The notes beneath the pieces are model-generated. The model made no database searches and had not been told where the DNA came from. It saw nothing but the letters and a program-made list of their open reading frames with translations. A stretch of DNA of 64,000 nucleotides from a virus (Duplodnaviria > Caudoviricetes). A program made the position numbers and the translations under genes. Positions 27,612-35,779 of the stretch are shown here, piece by piece. Each line of letters begins with the position of its first letter. Position 1 is the first letter of the stretch. Location: the IMG/VR virus record IMGVR_UViG_3300032225_001322, positions 32,001 to 96,000 of that record. One strand, written 5' to 3'.

Positions 27612-28670
27612 TTATTCCTCCGTAGGTGTGTCATCAGTACTTACTGTTTCTTGCTGTTTTCCAAAGTCTAGCATAATCTTATCAAGGCAGCCATCTTCGT
27701 TAGCTTCCCATTTTTTACGGAATTGTTTAATAACTTCTCCATCGCTGCTGATAAATGTTAAACTGTTGCCTTCTTTTTTGAGTAAGCCACGCTTTTCAGC
27801 TAAGTCTACCATGCCACTATACGGATTCATACCTGTTTCATAAGGAATCTTAATCTGCATTCCCTCGAACGGTTTAGCATAACGGGTTTTCATAACTTTA
27901 CAACCAGCACGAATACCCATAACATCACTAATCTTGTTGCCATCTTCATCTTCTTTGAGTTTCATTTTTTTCATAGCAACAACAATACTTGACGCATAGA
28001 TAAAACCTTGTCCGCCGCTAATTTTATCGTCTGGATCAAACATATCTTGACTAGCGTATGTATGATTAGTACAAACCATACCAACATTATAACTACCAAA
28101 AAAGTTTACTGAGTTACGAACTAGTGCTGTCAGTGCCTTAGGTTTACGACCCATGTCTCCCTTCATGTCGCCAGCTTCGAACTGATTAACGTCGGTTGGT
28201 GTTAACAACATACCAAGCGAGTCAACAACAAACAATACCTTTGGACGCTCGCCGTCGGGTAATGATTTATAGTCTTGCATAAATGTTGAAATGGTTTTTG
28301 CTACATCGTCAATCATAGCCATGTTGAGTTTAAGCAATTTGCTTTCGCTTGTGTCAACACCAAGATTGTGTAACCATAATTCGTCAAGAGCATTTTCTGT
28401 ATCGATTAAGACAACAAAGATACCTTGGTCTTGTGCGTTCTTTACAATATTTCCAGAACAGATATATGACTTACCTGCGCCAGATTCGCCAGCGAATACT
28501 GTTACTTTGCCTAGCGGAATACCTTTATTAAAGTCTCCTGAGATAAGATAGTTCAAAGCAAAATTGCCTGTACTAACCCAATCTGTTGGATCGTTGAATC
28601 CAATCGACATTCCGTCGATGGATTTTGTAATATCTTTTCTAAATTTAGAAAAATCATATGGCTTGGCCAT
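27612..28670 (-). CDS. uvsX: RecA-like recombinase UvsX
   Basis: STGNFALN, AGESGAGKS, DTENA, VVDSLG, TNHTY, SGGQG. Confidence 0.95.
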   Translation of the reverse strand: MAKPYDFSKFRKDITKSIDGMSIGFNDPTDWVSTGNFALNYLISGDFNKGIPLGKVTVFAGESGAGKSYICSGNIVKNAQDQGIFVVLIDTENALDELWLHNLGVDTSESKLLKLNMAMIDDVAKTISTFMQDYKSLPDGERPKVLFVVDSLGMLLTPTDVNQFEAGDMKGDMGRKPKALTALVRNSVNFFGSYNVGMVCTNHTYASQDMFDPDDKISGGQGFIYASSIVVAMKKMKLKEDEDGNKISDVMGIRAGCKVMKTRYAKPFEGMQIKIPYETGMNPYSGMVDLAEKRGLLKKEGNSLTFISSDGEVIKQFRKKWEANEDGCLDKIMLDFGKQQETVSTDDTPTEE

Positions 28671-28696
28671 GTTTAGTCCTTTGAGTTATAGTAGAT

Positions 28697-28730
28697 ATAA
28701 TAGCACAAGAGTTGCCCCTTGTGCTATTAT
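28697..28730. terminator. Hairpin/terminator between gp32 and uvsX
   Basis: ataatagcacaag...cttgtgctattat inverted repeat. Confidence 0.7.
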
Positions 28731-28743
28731 TTTGGCTTAATGC

Positions 28744-29736
28744 TTAGGCTTTTTGACGAGCACGAATCATCGCTAGGATGTCTTGTGCTTTATCAGATGT
28801 TGCCGCTGGTGCTGAAGTAGATACAGGAGCACTAGCTACAGGAGTATCATCTTCATCATCAAAACTACTCGCAGGAGCCGGTGCGGCTTTGGCCGCTGGA
28901 GCAGGAGCATCTTCTACTTGAGTTGCTGGTGCTGATCCACCTGCGGGTGCGTTAACACCTGCTGGGCGGAAATACTGACCCCAACGCTCTGTGTCATAAC
29001 TCTGGCCATCAACTGAAGCTTCAAACATTTCTTTGATAACCTTGAGTTCAACTTCGCCTGGTTTCTTAGGCAAGAATGTTGATAAGTCAAACAAACCATG
29101 TGCTTCAATAGCCGCTTGTTCAGCTTCAGTGAGTGCTGATTCTTTACGAGCCCATTTAGAACCACTGTAGTCAGCAAAGCCACCTTTGGAACCTTTGCTA
29201 ATACGGAAGTCTAAACCTTTGAGATAGTCTGTTGGCAATTCTTCCAACTCTGGATCCATCAACGCACCTTTGATCAATGTAAAGATCTGTGGGCCGATAA
29301 TGAAACGACGAATTGGATTTTCTGGAGCCTTGTCATCAGTCAATGGGTTCTCGCGAACGAAGCCTTGGAAAATATAATCACGCTTTTTCCAATACTTACG
29401 ACCCATGTCTTCTAGTGCTGGATCTTTAAACCATGTACGTACTTCTGACAAGATTGGACAAGTCTCTCCCCACATTTCCACGCATGGAACACGGACTTGT
29501 ACTTGTTTAGATTCTAATTCTCCCTTAACACCATTGAATGGTAAACGAATCATTGCTCGTTCTTGCCAAAAGAATGTGTTTTTTGTGTTACCGTCTGGGA
29601 GGAAGCGGAGTGTGGCATTTTGACCTTCATCGATTGACCAATGTGGATAAATCGCTGAGTCGCCTTGTGAGTTGCCGCCTTGTTTGTTACTTTCTGCCGC
29701 TTGTAAGCGGGCTCTGATTTCTGATAATGATGCCAT
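28744..29736 (-). CDS. Single-stranded DNA-binding protein (gp32-like)
   Basis: LRFLPD, C-x7-CP, YWKKR, PTDYLKGLDFRI, GGFADYS, Ala/Pro/acidic tail. Confidence 0.9.
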   Translation of the reverse strand: MASLSEIRARLQAAESNKQGGNSQGDSAIYPHWSIDEGQNATLRFLPDGNTKNTFFWQERAMIRLPFNGVKGELESKQVQVRVPCVEMWGETCPILSEVRTWFKDPALEDMGRKYWKKRDYIFQGFVRENPLTDDKAPENPIRRFIIGPQIFTLIKGALMDPELEELPTDYLKGLDFRISKGSKGGFADYSGSKWARKESALTEAEQAAIEAHGLFDLSTFLPKKPGEVELKVIKEMFEASVDGQSYDTERWGQYFRPAGVNAPAGGSAPATQVEDAPAPAAKAAPAPASSFDDEDDTPVASAPVSTSAPAATSDKAQDILAMIRARQKA

Positions 29737-29741
29737 TTTAA

Positions 29742-29870
29742 GTTGCCTTTCAAGTTATAAAATGTGATGCCTATCTATGTTACTAGATTAAAGTTGCCTA
29801 CAGTCTTTATTATACACAGGACTGTCTGTGTTTACTACTAAACTGGTTAAGTTGCCTTACTAATGTTGCC
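29742..29870 (-). repeat. Five dispersed GGCA(A/T)C motifs in the gp32 upstream region
   Basis: gttgcc at 29742, 29793, 29851 and 29865; gatgcc at 29766. Confidence 0.8.
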
Positions 29871-29893
29871 GATTACTGCTTTCTAACACTTAT

Positions 29894-32182
29894 TTATCTA
29901 ATGAAAATAGAACTGACAGATTTCATAGCGGTTAAATTGGAGTTTTCTTGTCCATCTGTAGTAGTATCAGTTTCTCTAATACCAGCTAAGAATTTAATTC
30001 TAGACATCATATCTTCGTCAGTGCCTTCTACTGGCTCTAATTTACCAGAATGTCCGTATGGTCCAGTTAACGCTGTATTTTCGTTGACTTCTTTGGATTT
30101 GTGTAGTTTGGCTTTGAGCATTTTTAATTTTTGACTTAGTGGATCATTTAATCCTACACGGCCACCACTGCGAACAATCTTTTCAATTTCGTCTTGTACT
30201 TTTGTCATTTGGTTAACAATACTACCGTTTTCTTCTAAGAAATTGCCGCCACCAACACTTTCTTCAAAATCGCCATTAATACTATCCCACCACTCAGCGG
30301 CTTCTTCTGGAGTCATACCGTATTCCCCAGCATTTGCAATAAAAGCATCTCGGTCCAAACTTTCAGCTTCTTTCCATAACCAGTCTTTCATGGCGCCTTC
30401 TTCTAATTTACCAAGAGCTTTGTGTATGCCATGGCGGCGCTGATCGTCTTTGCGACTATTTTCTTTATCAAACTTTGGTTCACGATCATTCATTGATGTG
30501 CCTGCATCTACACCTTGGTCAAAGTTACGCATCGCACGATCGGAACTTGCGTGTTTAACATAGCTCTTTAATGTATCTGGGCTTAGTTCGTCAAGTTCTT
30601 CTGCGCCTTGATTGGAGCTTTCCAAATCTCTAATAGCGTTATTAACCCAACCGCTTACATCACTACTGCCAATTTCTTCAACATCACCTATCCATTCGGC
30701 TTGATCACGAGCGGCAGTCATAACCGCTTCTGGGCCAAACTTGGCTAGTAAATCTGGATGAGACATCATAATACGATTGATAATAGCAGATTCTACTGGA
30801 CTTGCGTCATCTGTATTGAAAGTTTCTTTTACTGGCTCATTTGCTTGTTTTGTTACTGGTACCCATTGACCGTTTTTAAATTCGCGTTGTCCACCAACAC
30901 CGCCAACATATTCATCTAATTCTTCTTGCCCAGCTTCTGGAGTTTTTAATTGGCCAATAACTTGAGCAATATCTGGATTATCTTTTAACTCTTCTAAACG
31001 ATTAAGGATAATTTCGCGGGCATCAGCATTGGCATCTTGTTCGGCTAACTCTTCTAAACGGTCAAACAATTCGTCATCGCCAAGTAAATCATATAACAAT
31101 TCTGTTGCGTTAGTAGCATCGGCACCAACTGGCAATTCTTGACTGAGCAATGTTACTAAAGCAGTTTGTTTTTCTTTAGTATCGGGAATCGCCCATGTAC
31201 CTTCAAGAATAAGGTTTGTCCAATTTTCAAATATGTTAGCTTCTTTCATGTTGTGTTCCTGTTGTAATTTTGCCAATAACGGCAATGCTTGTTCAATTCT
31301 TGAATCAATGTTTTGTTCTACAAACATATGACGCAAATCTTCGATAATAACATCTTCATCAGTTAATGCTGCTGGATTCCATGATTCAAAATATTTTGTG
31401 TATCCAACTTTTGTACTTAAACTTTTTAAATTACTTTGTAATGTTTCAAAATAATGTGTAGCCTGTTCTACTAACTGTTGTGTTTCGCCTTCAAAGATTT
31501 TACCTTGATTAGCCCGGCGGAAACGACTCAATAAATTCATTTCTTCAACAATAGTAACAATGTGATTGCCACGAATATCGTAAGGCTTGCCGCCTTGGCG
31601 TACATGTTCTAGCATGGCGCGGCCAGCAGATAATTTTGTAAACGGAAGTTTAAATCTTTCGCCGTCTGCTGTTTCAATAAACAACGATTGTATATTACGG
31701 AAGCGAGCTTCGCCTTCGCCTATATTGCGTTTATGTTTAATCAGTAAGCGAGCTTGTGTAGAATCGGCATTCCAGGATAAATCTTTTTTACCTTGCCAGG
31801 ATTCAAATAACCCTTCGCTAATTGCCGCTTGACCCTGCATACTATATTTTAATTTGTTTAAATTTTGTAATGTAAAACTGAATAAATTCCTTTTGGCAAA
31901 CATACGAAGTTGATATAGGAAATCAAACCAACCCTTTTTATCATCGCCTTCCATGCTTTTACCAATATTATCGCCAAAGTAAACATTTAGGTCATTTTCA
32001 TCGTTGAGCATAATAACTACGGTGCCGTAGTCTTGTCCTGATTCGCCTTTGTAATCAAAAGAAAACAAATCTGCTTCTTCGGGGGAAGCGGCTGGCTTGC
32101 CCTGATTGTTTAATGACTGTGGGTCAAAATTCTTGCTGATAAGCAAGTCATTTAGCTTCTGGTTAGCGTTGTTTTGTGCCAT
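29894..32182 (-). CDS. Large acidic late protein, probable head/core component
   Basis: 762 aa; GCTAAATA 7 nt upstream; C-terminal half made of modules after LDE/LEE/VNE sites. Confidence 0.65.
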   Translation of the reverse strand: MAQNNANQKLNDLLISKNFDPQSLNNQGKPAASPEEADLFSFDYKGESGQDYGTVVIMLNDENDLNVYFGDNIGKSMEGDDKKGWFDFLYQLRMFAKRNLFSFTLQNLNKLKYSMQGQAAISEGLFESWQGKKDLSWNADSTQARLLIKHKRNIGEGEARFRNIQSLFIETADGERFKLPFTKLSAGRAMLEHVRQGGKPYDIRGNHIVTIVEEMNLLSRFRRANQGKIFEGETQQLVEQATHYFETLQSNLKSLSTKVGYTKYFESWNPAALTDEDVIIEDLRHMFVEQNIDSRIEQALPLLAKLQQEHNMKEANIFENWTNLILEGTWAIPDTKEKQTALVTLLSQELPVGADATNATELLYDLLGDDELFDRLEELAEQDANADAREIILNRLEELKDNPDIAQVIGQLKTPEAGQEELDEYVGGVGGQREFKNGQWVPVTKQANEPVKETFNTDDASPVESAIINRIMMSHPDLLAKFGPEAVMTAARDQAEWIGDVEEIGSSDVSGWVNNAIRDLESSNQGAEELDELSPDTLKSYVKHASSDRAMRNFDQGVDAGTSMNDREPKFDKENSRKDDQRRHGIHKALGKLEEGAMKDWLWKEAESLDRDAFIANAGEYGMTPEEAAEWWDSINGDFEESVGGGNFLEENGSIVNQMTKVQDEIEKIVRSGGRVGLNDPLSQKLKMLKAKLHKSKEVNENTALTGPYGHSGKLEPVEGTDEDMMSRIKFLAGIRETDTTTDGQENSNLTAMKSVSSIFIR

Positions 32183-32207
32183 AATATATTATTTAGCTAT
32201 TTTTAAT

Positions 32208-33770
32208 TTAATACATTGTTGAAATAAAGGGCAACGGCGGGGTAATACTTTCCCCAAAATCTCGCATTTGAGTGTCCATTTCTGGGTGATATGTTTGCAA
32301 CAAGATCATCATACGGGTAACTAGCAAGGCTGCCATGACTAAGTCGTCTGTACTGCCTGGTTTTGCCGCATAACTAACTCCGTTGGCTACAAAGGTTTTT
32401 AATTCGGAAATCAGTGGGCGGCTACGCAATTTCATCTTGCCCGTCTCAATAAGAGTTTTCATTTTAGCGCAGGCAGTAAGTTTGTTTTTAGGGCTAGTAT
32501 TAAAACCTTTCCGATACCTGCCGGCTCCTCGTGTAGGGTCAGACAGGAAATAGCCCTTGATGTTCTCTTCTCCAAATTGTTCTATAGAGATAAGAGCTGC
32601 TTCTCCAATGGTATTGTTCTCGACAGAAAAGTAAATTGACTGTTCATCTTTAACAAAGCTATAAATGTATTTTACTATGTCGGCTAATATGCGAATTTGC
32701 TCAGGAATAGGGGTACGGTTGTGTTTCCACTCACCTATCTGTTCAGTAGTATTGGCTTCAAAAATTTGTATAGCACTAGGATCGCCGCCAGTTCCTAGAC
32801 TAGGATCAAGTCCAACACAATACATCTTACCTGGTTCAGGTTGTTTGTACCATCGTACTTGTGCTGTTCTGTATACTGGCTCGATGCCCTCTAAGTCTAT
32901 GAGTTTAGCCGGCGCGATCAGCGTCTCATCATTGATAATAAATTCGCAATCCATCTCACGACGGAAACGATCTTCGCCTAATTGTGCTCGTTGTGCCGCG
33001 GCCCATGCGTCATCGCGGTCAGGATGTTCTCGCCAAAAACTACGGAAAGCACGGAAGCCGTTGATGCCTACTTCCTGCGGATTGCCGTGCGAATCTTCCA
33101 TTTTATTCGCACCTTTCCACAACAACGCAAATTGATCTTCGTCTGAGTTAGGAGTAGAAGTGATAATACATTTACCACCAGTTGCTAGTGTTGGAGAGAT
33201 TGAAGTCCAGAATTCTTGTGCTACAGAGGGTCGAACGAACGCGAACTCATCGCAATATAGTAGTGATATACTCATACCACGACCTGTGTTTTCTGTTGTT
33301 GTGGCTGACATAATACGCGAGCCGTTTTCAAATTCTATGGAGCCCTTGTTGTAGTTTGTCGCGCCAGCACGAATATGATCAGGGCACATTTCATAGGCAT
33401 AGCGTACACGAGTCATGATCTCTTGGGAGCCGTCATACTTGTGTGCGGCAATAAGAACGGTAGAGTCTGGCACAAACATAGCATACCATAGTAAGTAACC
33501 TGCGGCGCTAGTTGACTTACCTGTTTGTCGTGGCATCATAGAAATACTAAAACGATAATTGTGATATGTTTTAATTAATCGTTCTTGATATTCGTATGGA
33601 TGATACTGCATTTTTCCTCTAACCGGATGCTGGATATAGAAAAAGTTATCCATGAAGTACTCAGGGCCGGTTACTGGGTCAGCACAAAGAGCAAATTCCT
33701 TGAGCTGTTGTTCAGTCCAAACTTGTTTTTTATAGGGAGTTTTAGCTAACGAGCTTTGGTCAAAGGCCAT
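32208..33770 (-). CDS. terL: Terminase large subunit (gp17-like)
   Basis: PRQTGKS, LYCDEFAF, TSTPN, nuclease GLDPSLG, VENN, DDLVMA. Confidence 0.96.
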   Translation of the reverse strand: MAFDQSSLAKTPYKKQVWTEQQLKEFALCADPVTGPEYFMDNFFYIQHPVRGKMQYHPYEYQERLIKTYHNYRFSISMMPRQTGKSTSAAGYLLWYAMFVPDSTVLIAAHKYDGSQEIMTRVRYAYEMCPDHIRAGATNYNKGSIEFENGSRIMSATTTENTGRGMSISLLYCDEFAFVRPSVAQEFWTSISPTLATGGKCIITSTPNSDEDQFALLWKGANKMEDSHGNPQEVGINGFRAFRSFWREHPDRDDAWAAAQRAQLGEDRFRREMDCEFIINDETLIAPAKLIDLEGIEPVYRTAQVRWYKQPEPGKMYCVGLDPSLGTGGDPSAIQIFEANTTEQIGEWKHNRTPIPEQIRILADIVKYIYSFVKDEQSIYFSVENNTIGEAALISIEQFGEENIKGYFLSDPTRGAGRYRKGFNTSPKNKLTACAKMKTLIETGKMKLRSRPLISELKTFVANGVSYAAKPGSTDDLVMAALLVTRMMILLQTYHPEMDTQMRDFGESITPPLPFISTMY

Positions 33771-33807
33771 ACTTGTATTTAATTGGATGGCCCATACTGG
33801 GCTAGTT

Positions 33808-34509
33808 TTATTTGCCTAGATTAAACTGTATGCCCGTAGCTTCTTCAACTTTAGACATTGTCGTTTGATATTTAGGTAAATCTGCTACAGGAAGTGGAGC
33901 ATTCGGCATCATGTATGCCATGACCTTGCCTGATGTACGCTCGATGATAATCTTGTATAAGCCATCGGGAACACCTACACCGTTGCCAATTACTTTATAA
34001 TGAGGCATAAAAACAGGACCAGAGATAATATAAAAATCACCGCCAGACATGGCCCAATCGCGTTCCCAAGTTTCCAATTGTTTCCAAATACCGCGATTGT
34101 TATTAGGAACTTGTGGAACCATATTGCTCAGGAAAAAACTTTCACTCATAATTTCTTTAGATTGTGTGTTGTTACCAGCGGGGCTCATGTGTCCGCGGTC
34201 ATATGGTTGTCCAGCATAATCTTTGAGAGTAGACTGACATTGTGGAAATACTTTAGGATCTGGACGGAAGTCATCTTGGCGTTTGAATCCGCCAGTAATT
34301 TTATCTTTGGTCAAATGTTCAAATACAGCAATAGGCCCTTTAACATCACATTTGTGTATGACAGCATAGTTGGTGTGACAAATTTCCTGATCTCCTAACT
34401 TAGCTGGATATAATGGAGTGCCGTTGACTGTAAACTGTGGGCATTCTTTTGCTATTTGTGCTAAAGTTGTTAGCGGTACAAACAATAATACTATTAATAA
34501 TTTTTTCAT
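33808..34509 (-). CDS. Exported DNA/RNA non-specific endonuclease (NucA/EndoG family)
   Basis: Signal peptide; RQDDFRPD, YDRGHMSPA, SNMVPQ, NRGIWKQLE. Confidence 0.93.
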   Translation of the reverse strand: MKKLLIVLLFVPLTTLAQIAKECPQFTVNGTPLYPAKLGDQEICHTNYAVIHKCDVKGPIAVFEHLTKDKITGGFKRQDDFRPDPKVFPQCQSTLKDYAGQPYDRGHMSPAGNNTQSKEIMSESFFLSNMVPQVPNNNRGIWKQLETWERDWAMSGGDFYIISGPVFMPHYKVIGNGVGVPDGLYKIIIERTSGKVMAYMMPNAPLPVADLPKYQTTMSKVEEATGIQFNLGK

Positions 34510-34892
34510 CTTGGGTAACCTTTAAATGCTTTTACTGGACTTGTTTTATCTATTAACGGCGGCTCTTGGCTTGTTAAAGTTCCAATGGCTTTTTTGCCAC
34601 CGCCAATACCAGTCATTGCTAATGCCTTGTCGATAATTGGATCTACAGTTCCGTTCATACCGGCTACTACAGCATATTCGCCAAACACTTCTTCTGCGTC
34701 CCACGGTAATATGTAAGGATTAACGTCATCTTTAACAGCATCGCTTCTAGCACGGGCCATAGCCACACCAAATCTATAAGTTAGATATGGATCGCTGGAA
34801 GTTAATCCAGGAAGTATAAAAGTTTGACGCATTGGATCAGCTTGCTCAGGCGGCAATACTTTTTCTTCAGTGATAAATTCTTTAGCTCTCAT
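34506..34892 (-). CDS. Hypothetical protein, paralogue A (MRAKEFITEE...TSPVKAFKGY)
   Basis: Shares both termini with the next ORF. Confidence 0.75.
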   Translation of the reverse strand: MRAKEFITEEKVLPPEQADPMRQTFILPGLTSSDPYLTYRFGVAMARARSDAVKDDVNPYILPWDAEEVFGEYAVVAGMNGTVDPIIDKALAMTGIGGGKKAIGTLTSQEPPLIDKTSPVKAFKGYPR

Positions 34893-35269
34893 CGACGTTT
34901 GTAGCCTTTGAATCCAGTTACTGGACTTGTTTTATGTGTGTCTGGATGTTCTGTGCTGCGATGATCTGAAACTGGATGATGAGACTCTGCGCCAATAGTT
35001 TTCATTGCGCCCACGATCATGTTATCTTCTTCTTTAGTATATGGATGTGCTGTGTTGTATTTTTCTGTCCAACTTCCAGGATCCATATCCTTGACTGGTT
35101 TATTATCTTTGCCATCATGACAGGCCGCGGCCATCATAACTCGATTTAAATGGTAAGTTCTATCGTATCCACCACTGTCACGCATACGCCTAGCGCCTGG
35201 CATAGCATGTTCGGCACCACCTGGGATTTTTCCAGCGCGATCCTCGGCGACGAACTCTTTAGCTCGCAT
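34889..35269 (-). CDS. Hypothetical protein, paralogue B (MRAKEFVAED...TSPVTGFKGY)
   Basis: Shares both termini with the previous ORF. Confidence 0.75.
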   Translation of the reverse strand: MRAKEFVAEDRAGKIPGGAEHAMPGARRMRDSGGYDRTYHLNRVMMAAACHDGKDNKPVKDMDPGSWTEKYNTAHPYTKEEDNMIVGAMKTIGAESHHPVSDHRSTEHPDTHKTSPVTGFKGYKRR

Positions 35270-35271
35270 GA

Positions 35272-35766
35272 TTAGCCTTGGCCGTTAACACCCGCAGTAG
35301 CAGATGATGCTGTGCCAAGTTCGCGAGCAGTTGAATTTCCACCAATAATAGTAAGTTTGTTTCCTGCGCCTACATAAATTTGTTGTTTAGAATTAGCCGC
35401 AATTTGTGGGTTAGCAGAATATAAATTGCCAACAGCAGCCGGAGTTACCGTGGCTGTTACAGTACCGTTAGCTGTAGCATTAGCACTAAGTGTAATACTT
35501 ACACCTGGATTATATGCTATTACTGTAGAACCGCCAGCAATACCTGTGCCAGCGATAGCAGCTCCAGTAGGAATATTAATAGTACCAGCTGTTGTAGCAA
35601 CATAACTACCATTGGTTGTTGTTACTGTGGTAGTAAAACTTAGTGGAGGTAATGCTACCGCGTACACATTATATGTAACCTCATTAGTTCCTGTTACAAT
35701 TTCTGCTTTGTCTGTGTACCAAGTAGCATTACTAAATGCTCCTGCTGTGACGTTGGCTTGACTCAT
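35272..35766 (-). CDS. Thr/Ala/Gly-rich virion protein
   Basis: Composition typical of structural beta proteins; in late operon. Confidence 0.6.
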   Translation of the reverse strand: MSQANVTAGAFSNATWYTDKAEIVTGTNEVTYNVYAVALPPLSFTTTVTTTNGSYVATTAGTINIPTGAAIAGTGIAGGSTVIAYNPGVSITLSANATANGTVTATVTPAAVGNLYSANPQIAANSKQQIYVGAGNKLTIIGGNSTARELGTASSATAGVNGQG

Positions 35767-35779
35767 TTACTTTAATTCC

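Noticed and set aside
526-33770. Inteins or group I introns in nrdA, nrdB, helicases, uvsX or terL
   Set aside because: All are uninterrupted and of normal length.
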